A stretch of 63,934 nucleotides of DNA, the filler included, from Folioceros fuciformis (lineage: Eukaryota): NCBI GenBank assembly GCA_049999805.1. It is 5 parts of 4 records of this genome, joined end to end, with 100 filler letters (N's around TTAATTAATTAA, not from the genome) between each part and the next. Parts side by side here need not be neighbours in the genome. Positions count along the whole stretch, not along the records: positions 1 to 30,493 come from JBNGIO010006333.1; 4 more parts are not named here. One strand, 5' to 3'. Of the stretch, positions 1 through 11,494 are shown piece by piece. A program made the position numbers and the translations under genes. The notes under the pieces are model-generated. The model saw nothing but the letters and a program-made list of their open reading frames with translations. It was not told the origin of the DNA and ran no database searches. How positions within the stretch are numbered: position 1 is the first letter of the stretch; every line of letters starts with the position of its first letter.

Positions 1-733
1 GCCGAGAGCTTCCACCCCTGACATCATGAACACTAGGAACATGCCCTCTCGGATGAGGCAGAGGTTCCAGAGTCAGCAGCGGGTGGACCAGGCCGTGCCC
101 AGGCCTCCTCCTCCTCCGCCTACTCCCTACACCGGGATCCCGACTACCGAGGAGGCACTCAAGGGCCTGCCCCCGGGCTGGGACACTGTCATCACCCACG
201 GTACAGTTTTCACTCTACTCGGGCTTCTAGTTCTGGCCTTACCTTCGTAGTCGCCATTGTGCTCGCCTCGAGCCCTCATTGTGGGTCTTGTTTTTGCCCA
301 GACGAAATGGTTGAGAGAGACCGTCGCTGGAGGAAGTTCTTTGAGGACCCCACGCAGTGGTGGGACAACCGCGCCGGCAAGGTAAGCAAAGTAATAACTC
401 TGAACCGAGGCCCTTGCTTTGCGTCGTTCTGTCTCAGTCAGGGAGTAAGCCGATTTGCACTGTGTGGATCTTGATGTTTGGTCTGTGTCGTTGCTTACGC
501 TTGTTGTCCTGCTACAGAAGGACCCAAGGAAACCGGATTTCGAGCACAAGACTACCAAGGAGGAGCTATTCATCAACCGGTGGATCAATCCCAACTGGGT
601 GAGAGAGGAGCTGAAGCTGTATAACGAGAAGAAGGCCGAGGAGACCCGACAGAGAATCGCAGCTCTGGACGCTAAGGACGCAAAGGAGAAGGCTGATAAG
701 GAGAAGTTTTCTGCGGCTGCCGATTCCATCTAA
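1..733 (+). CDS. 3' part of an OSB-like organellar single-stranded DNA-binding protein (PDF motif); exons <1-200, 302-381, 518-733
   Basis: GT-AG introns 201-301 and 382-517 join in frame to give WRKFFEDPTQWWDNRAGK-KDPRKPDFEHKTTKEELFINRW, which matches the plant OSB C-terminal PDF motif. Stop TAA at 731-733. The 5' end may lie outside the window. Confidence 0.75.
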
Positions 734-1526
734 TCACTGCCTGCTGTAGGCCTGTGTAGTACAGCGAACTTGGCAGGGGATGTCGACCTCCTTCTATCGT
801 TGGAAAGCAACTTTTGGTCGATCCATGGGTTTTTTTAGTCGTAACGAGTTCCAAGGGATGAACTCCGTCTTACTGTCTCGGGCGGTGCGTCATCCGGGCG
901 GACAGCTGCATCATACCTGGGGCGTGCATAGGGTCAGTCTGGATAGGTAGAGCAGTCCCGTCGTTTTTGCTTCGCGTGAGTCTCATTATTTCGCTCCTCC
1001 CGGGGCTTCTTTTGAGGGTTATGGCTGGATCTTGTAGGCAAGGTTTTTGCTTTTAGGGTAGCATCGCTATAGTGACGAGCAGTACCCGTAGATCTACTTC
1101 CTTCCTTAAAGTGTGACGGGCTTATCTGTTAACTGGATGACTGGTCACTCTGTTTCGCGGCTGGTGTTTCTGTTTCGTGGTTGGTTTCTCTCCGTCTCGA
1201 TGAGCCCGTGACCTCGCTTCGAATAAGCAAGTCCGTCCCGTCAGTCCCTTCGTAGCAAACGGCACCTGTCGCAGTGTCTGCTCCACCTACATCGTCGGCC
1301 GATGTCGATAAGCGGCGTGGATGTTGGATATGATTATATACTTGTGTAGCAGCACCGTCACAGAAGTTCGTGTGCACAGGCGCAAGCCACACCAAAGAGT
1401 TGTGTCTTCGCACCGGGGTCTAGTCGCCAGACGCGGTGGGAAGGTGACGCGAGCTTGCACTTGTGAATTGATTGAAGTGTTAAAGGCCTGCGAGTCGCTG
1501 ACGATAGGAGTGCAACCTCGAGTACT

Positions 1527-4500
1527 ATGCCGAACGTCCGGATTGTATTTGGCAATTTCTTGGAGATGGTTGGAGCTCTCCCTGCGGCTAAGCTGGATTT
1601 GCTTTATGACAATCACTGGACATGTCAAGCTGTCCTCAGGTTGTTTGGTGACAGTGGAACGTGTAGCGGGGGAATTGGAGATAGTTGTGCTAAATGATAT
1701 GAGAATTTGTATGAGGAGGACGGGCAGCAATCCCTCCATCCCTAACAAGCTGAGTTGCTTGTGTTTGTATGCAGGTCATTGCCTCCACTGGGAAAGCAGT
1801 ATGTCTTGAGACTACTATATGTGGATGCGCCGATGCCTGCTCAGACACTGGAGGAGTGGTTATTGCCGGGCGCTGCTTCCAAACACAAAGTGGCAATTGA
1901 CAGACTTGAGCAGTTGAGAGTGCTAGTTTTGATATCCGACAGGTACTGATTGAACTGTTTATGGCATTGCAGTCAAAGTTCGTTTCTGACCTCATGTGCA
2001 CGCTGCTGGGTTGATTGTTAGCTCTGATGCTTTTTCATACCTGGTGGTCGTGATCAGTTGCTGCGCTTGTTGGATGCTGATTCTAAGCTGGCGTGCAGGA
2101 AGAAGGGGAAAAGCTACGCTTTGAACCCAAAGCTGCAGAAACAGTTGCGACAAGCCTTGATAAGCGGGTGTGTATAGCGCTCCAAATTTAGCCTGCTTTC
2201 AGGTCACTGTTTCGGCTCTCCTCTTTTGGAGGAGACGATGATGAAGGTTCATATGGCCTAGCATACCACTGACTTTGGACTGGCATTGGATGGTGGTGCA
2301 GAGGCGGCCCTACCAGGGAGACTATGTCAAGAAGTATAGCTGCAAGGGTTCCCTCGTTGGCAGATTTGGATGTGTACTCTACTAATCAGTGGGAGGTTAG
2401 AAAGTTTGTTAGTCTCCCCATGCTGCTGATGCTCTGCGGATTCAGGAAACGTTTTGTCACAGGCTCAGAGCGTTCAGTTCTTTGTAAAGCATTATTGTGC
2501 GTCCTTTGCTTCGTCTTTACTCACGAGCCGACTCTGGTGCAGTCAGTTCTCCTTCAACTGGTGAGCTCAGCAATGTCTGAAGGAACCTCGACGCGTCAAG
2601 ATCCCTTGATCACTCAAAATTTTCAGCGGGCGGGGCTCTTGACTGCTGCCAGGTGTTTCATCTCACCCCTTTGTTGTGTATTGCACTCGGCTGAACACTA
2701 CCATGGTTTTTCATAAAGCAGGAACTGCTTGAGAGTCTGTTCCCTGTCGCTGATCTCTAGTTTCTCTCGGGGATCACTGTCAGTGGGAACCAGCCGTCTA
2801 GGATTACGGAGAAAGGGTTTCAATTCCTGGTAATGGTTGAACAAAGCAAATGACACTGGTTGACAGACTCTTTTATGTTTTGTTTGCTTTGAACTTGGGC
2901 ACAGCCACCGGCGCTCTCAGCTGCTGCCATCCATGCCTTGTTGCAAGCGTGTGTGCCGGCGTGACATTTCGTCCTCCCTTTTGCAGCTTATGGACACCAA
3001 TATCCAGCTTTGGCAAATAGTACGAGAATATATATTGGCTGCGGAGGTATTACCTGGATGTCTACTNNNNNNNNNNTGTGTGAGGAGCCCCTTTGATTAG
3101 GCTTGTTGTAGAGGGTTGTGACTCATTTGCCATGCATCTTGTTATCTCTGAGTCTCAGGCGCCTATGTGTGCTGAAACAGGACCGGGGTCTGGACAGTGG
3201 GCAGATGATATCCTTCCTTTTGGAGCTTGGGTTTCATATTGTTGGTGAGGTAAGTCTTTAAAAAGACAGTCTGAAGTGAAGTTATGCCAAATAGTACTAC
3301 ATACCTTTTTGCTTGGAATTTTTATAAGATGATTGCACCACATGCTATGAGTATCGAATGGTGTGTGCAGCCGTATAATATGAGGAGTCTTTCCACTATG
3401 CAGCAGAGCATTGTCACTGAACTCGCTGTTCTCGGCTTAGTGATGCTGCAGGAGGTGTGTGACCTTCACCCTCTTGATTTTCTTTCAGCAAGGGACAGTT
3501 CGTTAGATCATTGGCGAAAGCGTTGAGTCTGTGGTGTTAGGCAGGTCATATGCTTTCGTAAGAGGAAAGCAGTTACTTGTATGTGAAGCGTTTCTTGTAT
3601 TCCTTTCTAAGCTGCTACAGCTATGTCGGCAGGGCATAAAAGAGAAATGGTTTGTCCCAACCAAATTAGCTGCTAGTCTGTCAGCAAGTCTTTCAGAATC
3701 TGGAGCTGTGCAGGCCTCTGAGGTGTGTTTGGGGACTACTGCATAAACTTTTCTGGCAGTATCCGTTCTAGGACTTGTTCCTGCACACACCAAATCGTGC
3801 GTGCATCTAACTTTGTTGACAGGGCTATGTTGTAGTGGAAACTAACTTCAGAGTGTATGCGTATACACGCTCAAAGTTGCAGACCGAGATCCTACGGCTG
3901 TTCATTAGGTGATTCTTTCTGTTTGCGATGGTTGCTGCAATAAGTGACTGGATACAACGGCCCTCATAAACGTACTTTTTGTTTGCAGGCTTGAATACCA
4001 GCTGCCTAACATTGTGGTGGGATCGCTAACTAAGGACACTGTGAATGCAGCATTTGCAAGCGGAATCAATGCTGAGCAGGTTGATCTCAGTTCATCAACC
4101 CTTTAAAATATCAATCAGTCTCATCTACCACGAACACTCACTGTGTCTGTGCTTGTAGATCATAGCATTTCTACAGAAGAATGCTCATCCCCATGTAACT
4201 AAGAAGGTGCCCGTGGTTCCAGAGACAGTGGCAGACCAGGTAATGGGCAACTTCCAATTGTGTGAAAGATATGCAGATGCTTCTCTATCCATTTTAATTG
4301 TTGCTTATGCGCTGTACGCGCAGATTCGGTTGTGGGAGGCAGATAGGAATAGAGTGCTGTTCGCACCCGTGTATCAATATGACGACTTCCGGTCACAGGT
4401 ATGTGACGAAGGAGTTGTCTCCTGGAGTTGTTGGCACTGTATTGATCCATCTACCTACTGATAGGTGGGCCTGGTGACGGTGTTGCGCCAGGAGGAGTTC

Positions 4501-4632
4501 GAGCAGGTGCTGGAGTATGGTAACAGTTTGGGAGGGGTTGTGTTTTCGGACATATCCACCCAAAGGCTGTACGTACGGGCAGACCTTCACGACTCCATGA
4601 AATTGTTTATTTCCCGGAACGTCCGGTCGTGA
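1527..4632 (+). CDS. TFB2: General transcription/DNA repair factor TFIIH subunit p52 (TFB2/GTF2H4), multi-exon
   Basis: Spliced peptides MPNVRIVFGNFLEMVGALPAAKLDLLY, RSLPPLGKQYVLRLLY, ITEKGFQFL, GYVVVETNFRVYAYT, LEYQLPNIVVGSLTKDTV, NAHPH..VPETVADQIRLWEADRNR, all bounded by GT-AG introns. Stop TGA at 4630-4632. A 10-N gap lies in an intron. Confidence 0.93.
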
Positions 4633-5106
4633 AGAGCTCCACAATATCGGAGGGGTATTAGTGGCCGAGGACGTGGAGGTTGCTGCTTGACCATTTGATT
4701 CCACAATTCGGACCGGTATGTCTTCGGACGGTTTTGTTCCCGTCGACTAGCTCCAGCCCAGTTCCAAGGATACTATGGACTGTCCTTCTCCTGGACGTTT
4801 GGCGACAGCTACTTCTTTGCCTTTGCTTCCTCTGGAAGCGTCTTTCGATCATAACAAGGTCACAAGATTTAAGCCCAAATGCCTCATTTTGCGTGGAACA
4901 CTTCAATTTCACGGGGTTCTTTCCAGACGGGAAACCTGAGACAGCGTAAATTAAGTAGCGCCTGCGTCATGCCGGTGGAGTAAACTGGTGACCTGTAAAG
5001 CTACTTCCATGGCGCATGCAATGCACCTGGTGTTTTCTGCTTCAATCAACGTGGTTGCTGAAGGTGAGAGCTTCTTGTGGTCAGAATCTCCCAACCTTAG
5101 AATGCC

Positions 5107-6375
5107 ATGCAGCTAGTGTGCGAATGTCACTTGCAAATTCGTCGTACTAGGTTTTTCAGATCGATTGCGTTGATTTCTTCCAAGACTTGCTGTGTACGAG
5201 GAAGGGCAGATTTGTCGTCTGCTGGGAAATCTCACTGCTCAGCTTGCTCGTCCAAGCTTTGGTTCGCTCGCCTGCAGCGCCAGCGCAGCTGCAACTTGAA
5301 CTTGGACAGTTTCACCCGCCCAAACTTCCAAAGAGAGCGTTCCAGGAGACTGAGCATTTCGAGAAGCAGCCTCGGGTCGGGCGGGACGAGCGGCATGGCT
5401 ACTCCTGTTCTGGTGAAGCCAGGAGTAGAGCTCAAGGTTTTCGAAAGTGTGGGTAAATTGGCTGAAGACCTTGCGCAGCATGTTGTTGAGCTGTCTGCTG
5501 CAGCAGTGAAGGCGCGAGGATCGTTCACTGCCGTTTTGTCAGGGGGATCGCTTATCAGCACCTTAGGGTACGTGATTTCTGCAATTTGTGGAAGCAAGGC
5601 AGAGCACATCGTACTAGTATGCCTTCTGTACAGGAATGAGGGAGAAATGCATCCTATTTTCGTCTATTCTGCTTGCTTTCAGGAAGCTAGCCGAGGAGCC
5701 TTATGTGGGACAAGTGGACTGGGCGAGGTGGCATGTTTTCTGGGTAGACGAGCGGGTTGTGAAACTCGATCATCCTGACAGCAACTACAAGCTTGCACAG
5801 GACGGCCTCTTGTCTAAGGTCTGACACTCCACTCATGTTGGTTGTTTTTTGGGTGTCACTCCACGTGAGTTCCGGCTCAGAGTTTGCTCTAACAGATCCC
5901 ATTTGTTGTCCAGGTTTCCATTCCAGCCGGCCAGGTTTACGCCATCAACGATTCTCTCTCCCCTGCGGAAGCTGCGGAGGACTACGAAGCAGGCTTGCAG
6001 CATCTGGTGAAGACTAACGTTCTGCCGGTCTCAGAAGGTTTTCCAAGGTTTGATCTCATTCTCCTTGGCATGGGCCCTGACGGCCATGTGGCATCTCTCT
6101 TCCCGAACCATCCACTGGTGAGCGTCAAGGACAAATGGGTTGCCTCTATTAGTGACTCCCCAAAACCCCCGCCCGAGAGGATCACTTTCACTTTGCCAGT
6201 TATCAACGCTGCCGCCCACATCGCCTTTGTGGCCACAGGCTCCGGGAAGGCCGATAAGGTGAAACAGATTTTCGGGCCTGATGTGCCTCACGGCTCCCTT
6301 CCTGCCCAGCTGGTATCCCCTGTGCATGGTAAGTTGGTCTGGTTTGCAGATCAAGCTGCAGCTTCAGCTTTGTGA
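5107..6375 (+). CDS. PGL: 6-phosphogluconolactonase with N-terminal transit-peptide-like extension; exons 5107-5567, 5683-5818, 5914-6375
   Basis: Motifs VLSGGSL, WHVFWVDERVV, HPDSNY, FDLILLGMGPDGHVASLFP, DSPKPPPERITFTLPVIN. The exons sum to 1059 nt, in frame. Confidence 0.93.
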
Positions 6376-6617
6376 CTAGCTTACCTCTGAGCGGTTTCTA
6401 CCCGGCTCCTTCTTACTATAGCCACCAGGATGTAAAATGTTCACAAGTCTGGTGAATTTGAAGACCGCCGCGGTGAAGGTTTTACCGTCGGGCAAATGTT
6501 AAACTGGCCTTTTCTTTCCTTTTGCTCAGGCTGACATCGACTACGATGGCTGGGTCTTCCTCGTGCTCGAACTCTCCGCGTCTTGGTATTAATCAATTAA
6601 GGGAATCTCTTCACGAG

Positions 6618-6720
6618 GAAGGAAACGTGAGAACAGAAGGAAACGTGAGAACAGAAGGAAACGTNNNNNNNNNNTGAGAACAGAAGGAAACGTGAGAACA
6701 GAAGGAAACGTGAGAACAGA
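6618..6720. repeat. 18-bp tandem repeat (GAAGGAAACGTGAGAACA)n containing an assembly gap
   Basis: Near-perfect copies on both sides of a 10-N gap. Confidence 0.9.
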
Positions 6721-7490
6721 AAAGTAAAGAAGTTCGACAAATATTATTCTAGAGCTCACGTGGCTTGGTAACGGTTAGAACTGTAGTACGTGGTGCTGCA
6801 CGTCGCACGGTCGGTCGTGAAAACGATTATCCCACGGAATTTTAGCCGCCAAGCACGACGTCTTCCGCCATTCCAAAAGGAAAGGCCGGTTGTTGCGGGC
6901 AGAACGGCCTGCAAGTACTTGAGCGCACCCGATTGCACCAAAGCCGCTATGATGCCTGCGCAACTGAAGCCAATGGACTCGTACGCGTCGAGGCTAAAAA
7001 AACGCGAACACGCAGTCACCGGGCGTCAGATCTCCCACACAAGCAGCTCGATTCCCTCATCAGGCTTTCTTCTGCCACAAGCAGTTCGATTCCCTGACGG
7101 TCAGGCTTTCTACTGCGCAAATGCTGTCGCACATCCCGGCATTCAGATCCATCTCTTTGATCACAGACCTTGTCCGCCTCCTCCTCTGCCGAGAAAGCTT
7201 GTTTTGGAATTGGTTTCTGTGCAGACCCGCGGAGTATTATCCGATGCTGGACCGGAGCTACAGGATCCTAATTCTGGAATAGGACACTCAATGTGGGGCT
7301 GCAGAAGGGATCTGTGGGCGGATTTACCTGGGTCCCGGAAGCAATTGAGCAGGGAGCGAGATGAACAAGGCTAGCAGCCGGGTCCTGGAGACGACGCCGG
7401 TGCAGGAGATGGCATAATCATGGCGACCCTGAGGAGCGTGAGGGTGTCGTCCCCGCACAACCGGGGGCCGACGGACAACATTAAGAACGC

Positions 7491-9360
7491 ATGGCCGTCA
7501 AGGATGCGAGCCTGAGGAGCGTGAGGGTGTCGTTCCCGGAATACCACGGACCTATGGAGGACAGCAAGAAGAGGTGGCCGTGGAGGATCCATCACCCTAG
7601 GCCCCGTCAGTCTGTCCTCAGGAGCCATGGTCCTGGCTGCTTCAAACCGCGCGGACTCCCTCGCAGCGTTGTTTGCAATGTCGCGGTTCTCGTGCTGTAC
7701 ACCTTCATTCTCAGTGTTCTCTTGTTTCGGAGAAGCCGAAACATTCAGGCTCAGATTCTGGGAGAAGGTGGCAGAACGAGTTGTTCGTTTACGACTCCCG
7801 GAGTGTGCGATGGCAGGCGAGGCCCCAAGCTTAAGGCTGGCCCAGAGACTGCAGATCTTTTAACGTATTCCGAGATTCTGTGGAGGAGAGTTGCCAGCCA
7901 CCGGGTGACAAGCGAGGACTACCGAGAGCTCAAGGCAGCAAGCGCAATGTTCAACATCTCGGACCCCAAGCTTGAGCAGGTTGTGAAGCTTGTGAAGGAG
8001 TACCTGACGCCATGGGCTCCCATGCCTGGGATCACCCACGGGTTGGGCAGCAAAGGAGGTTGGAGTGTAAACCTCACCAGGACAGCTGCCGTGAACACAA
8101 ACCTCATGACCTGCTGCATGCACGTCAGGGTTGTGGACGGGCTTGTCTATTTCAGGTATGGCCGGTTTTTGATGCAGCATTATCGCGTAAACCGAGCCAA
8201 CGATTTCGTGAGGTTCTTGCAGACGACCGTGAACACATACGCATTGAAAACATTGCGATCAGAGTTTTTGTTTAACACCTGCGATCATCCACTGTCGGAC
8301 GGAGCCTTCATGCGTGGCGGGAAATCTCGGCACAGTTACATGGTGTGGAGCAACCATTTTACTGAGGGCCACACAGATCTCCTGGTTCCCGATTTTTTGG
8401 ACTTGGGGCAGGAGTACATGCCAGCAAAGAACGCATCCGCAGTGGTGGTAGAGTGGGAAGACAGGAATATAACTGCTGTGTTTCGTGGAGGGACTACAAA
8501 TTTTAATATCCATTTGCACAACTGGGTCTCCAGCCCACGCCTGAGGCTGCACCGTCTTACTGATGCCTACCCTCAGTTGCTGGACGCCAGGATCTCCAAA
8601 TGGAGTCACGTTGTTGACTTCGAAATGCGACATGAAATGAGGAGGGAAGGTATTGTGGCGGCTCCCAGGATGGAGTTCGGTCTCAAAGATGCATTCAAGT
8701 ATGAGGTGGTCATGGATGGAGGTCTGGGCACCACCAGGCCGTGCGGAGTGCTCATGAACGACCGAGTGCTTGTGCGCCAAGGCTCACCTTTCTACCAGTT
8801 CTTCGATCCCCTCTTCAGGCCCGGCCGCCATTTCATCTCCGTGGACCACAAGTACGATGACTCTCCTCACCTAACCTTGCTTTGCGAAAAAGCATAACAC
8901 TAACCTTCGAATTTTGCTGGACGCTCCACTCTGGCATCATGAGCTGAGGTCAATGTGGTTTTTGGATGACAGTCTTGGCAATTTGGCGGAGAGGCTTGCC
9001 TACATGCAAACCCACGACACCGAAATGAAGGAGATGGCTTTGAGGTCGAAGGAGGAATTGGGATGGACGTGCACCGAGAAGGGCCGAATGTTGGCCTTTG
9101 CAGTTTTGCTTGTGAAGAACGCTGGGGTTGTGAGAAATTCAGAGCAAGTACAGAAGCCTACGAAAATGTGCCCGTGGGGCGCATTGAAGGAAGCTCTTCA
9201 GGATCTTCCCAATGATAAAGCTTTGAACTGCATGGACCGGGAAAATACTATTTTGCCGCTTCCAGGATGTCCAACTCCCTGTTCTGCCTTTGGTCTCCAT
9301 GAGAGGGACTGGCACTGGCTGACATACCATGATGTGGATGAGGCAGTTGCGACAGCCTGA
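7491..9360 (+). CDS. Glycosyltransferase family 90 (CAP10-like), type II membrane protein; exons 7491-8851, 8973-9360
   Basis: N-terminal TM segment (VVCNVAVLVLYTFILSVLLF) and GT90-like motifs FNTCDHP, WEDR..TAVFRGGTT, PRLRL, FKYEVVMDG...R, SPFYQFFDPLFRPGRHFISV. Intron 8852-8972 restores the frame (1749 nt). Confidence 0.78.
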
Positions 9361-9546
9361 AATGACCTCGAGGCGGGAGGTGATCATATGAGATTCCCAA
9401 CAATGGCCCTGGCAGTAGCCCTCTCATGGTTTCGTTTACTTGCTCATTCGCTTCTTACACAGCCATCTGATGGCTAAGGTAAAACAATATGCGGACCCTC
9501 TATCGGCGTCCCAGGTGGTCAGTTGGGGCGTCTACTAAGCTCGCAG

Positions 9547-9790
9547 ATCTACTAAACTCGCACTATGCGTCCTATGGAAGTATAGCATATGCTGCATGTT
9601 GCACTTGGCATCTACTAAGCCGGCACTCTCTGCGATCTATGGAAGTTTAGGATAATGGTGCATGTTGCACTTGGCATCTACTAAGCTGGCACTCTCTGCG
9701 ACCTATGGAAGTGTAGGATAATGGTGCATGTTGTACTTGGCATCTACTAAACTTGCACTATCTATGGATATATAGCATAATGGTCCATGT
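9547..9790. repeat. ~66-bp minisatellite, about 4 copies
   Basis: ATCTACTAA recurs at 9547, 9610, 9676 and 9742, followed by conserved CTATGGA and CATGTT motifs. Confidence 0.85.
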
Positions 9791-10121
9791 TACATTTGCT
9801 ATGAAAGTATAATATAATGGTGTCATGTTGCACTCAAGTATAGCAGATGTATGTTGCAGTGCCACTTGCATTTGCATACCACATGATGCTCTTTATAGGT
9901 ACCTAAAGGAATTGAGCACTAAAGGGATTGAGTAATAGTCATCATATCATGTATGATATCTACGATGGAGTCCAATTACAATAAGTAGATAGTGACAACT
10001 TTCACAAGTCCAATTACAAGTAGATAGTGACAACTTGCACAAGCAGCATAAGGAAAAGACAACATGTCCACATACTCAACATATATTGTGGACAATCTTT
10101 CAACAATATGTCCTCCCGCTC

Positions 10122-10720
10122 ACCATTCAATTGTGGAGTCCTTTGACGACCTCACCATTCAATTGNNNNNNNNNNGTCCTTTGACGACCTCACCATTCAA
10201 TTGTGGAGTCCTTTGACGACCTTACCATTCAATTGTGGAGTCCTTTGACGACCTCCTCTAGCAGCATGTCGTTGACAACATAACCTCCTTTGACAGCATG
10301 TCTTTGACAACATAACCTCGTTTGACACCATGTCTTTGACAACATATCCTCCTTTGACAGCATGTCTTTGACAACATAACCTCGTTTGACACCATGTCTT
10401 TGACAACATATCCTCCTTTGACATAACCTCCTCGTTAGCATTGGATTGCTAATCGCATGTCCTCCTTCTCGGCAAAAGATTGTAGGCAACCCTGTTCGAT
10501 TTTGATAACACGTTCTCTTGTTCAACATTAGATTGTGGGGTCCTTTGACAACATGTCCTCTTGTTCTACATTAGATTGTGGTGATTCTACATTAGATTGT
10601 GGGGTCCTTGAACGACATATATTTTTGTTCAACATTAGATTGTGGGGTTTTTTAACAACACGCGCTCTTGTTCAATATTAGATTGTGGGGTCCAACATTA
10701 GATTGTGGAATCCTTTGACA
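10122..10720. repeat. Mosaic minisatellite array (CATTCAATTGTGGAGTCCTTTGACGACC, TTTGACAACAT and AACATTAGATTGTGG unit families)
   Basis: Directly visible related tandem units; includes a 10-N gap. Confidence 0.85.
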
Positions 10721-10794
10721 ATATGTCCTTCAAAGAGTTTCAAAGGACAAATTGTCCTTCGAAAAGATAACGAGACAGACAACGAGACAAACAG

Positions 10795-11215
10795 ACTCAT
10801 ACAAGCAACATAAGTAAGGATTATACCAACAACATAAGGAAATTATGCAAGCAACACAAGTAAGGATTATACCAACAACATAAGGAAATTATGCAAGCAA
10901 CATAAGTAAGGAACATATAAGCAACATGAGAAACTCATACAAGCAACGTAAGGAACTCATGCATGCAACATAAATAAGGAACATACAAGCAACATAGGTA
11001 ACAAAATGCATGTCTCACATTCCACATTAGATTGTGGGTAGTCCTCAAAAGATAATCAGATTGCAACTACCCCTAGAGTCTAAAGGGGGATAGCTAATTG
11101 TACAAAAATAATCAAATAGCAATTATCCCTAGAGTCTAACAGGGGATAGATAATTGTGCAAAGATAATCAAATAGCAACTACCTCTAGAGTCTAAAGAGG
11201 GATAACTAATTGTAT
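10795..11215. repeat. AT-rich tandem repeats: ~46-bp units (10806-11000) and 56-bp units (11052-11215)
   Basis: CAACA(T/C)AAGTAAGGA at 10806, 10852 and 10898; ATAATCA...CTAGAGTCTAA at 11052, 11108 and 11164. Confidence 0.8.
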
Positions 11216-11494
11216 ATTAGAGTAGGTAAGAATTTCCTCAATTACATACTTTTGTTGATGTACAAAAATTCTCAAGGATTTAAATTCCAAGACCATCCAA
11301 AAACTTTGGTGTTGCATTTCTATTAGCGCAGCTTTAAACAAAGCCAATAGGCTTAAGATTGAGACTATTTATTTGTGTATTTAAACGACAAACTACCAAA
11401 GGTAACTGGGTTACTGGGGGCTATAGCGCCCCTGAAGCTGCTAAAATCAATCCGATGTTCCACCCAGTTTGAATGAACACACTCGTCTTACCAG

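Noticed and set aside
6790..7374. 194-aa ORF upstream of the GT90 gene
   Set aside because: Non-ATG start, no recognisable domain, and it lies in the probable promoter or 5' UTR.
10197..10528. Repetitive Cys-rich ORFs
   Set aside because: Translations of a minisatellite whose units shift frame.
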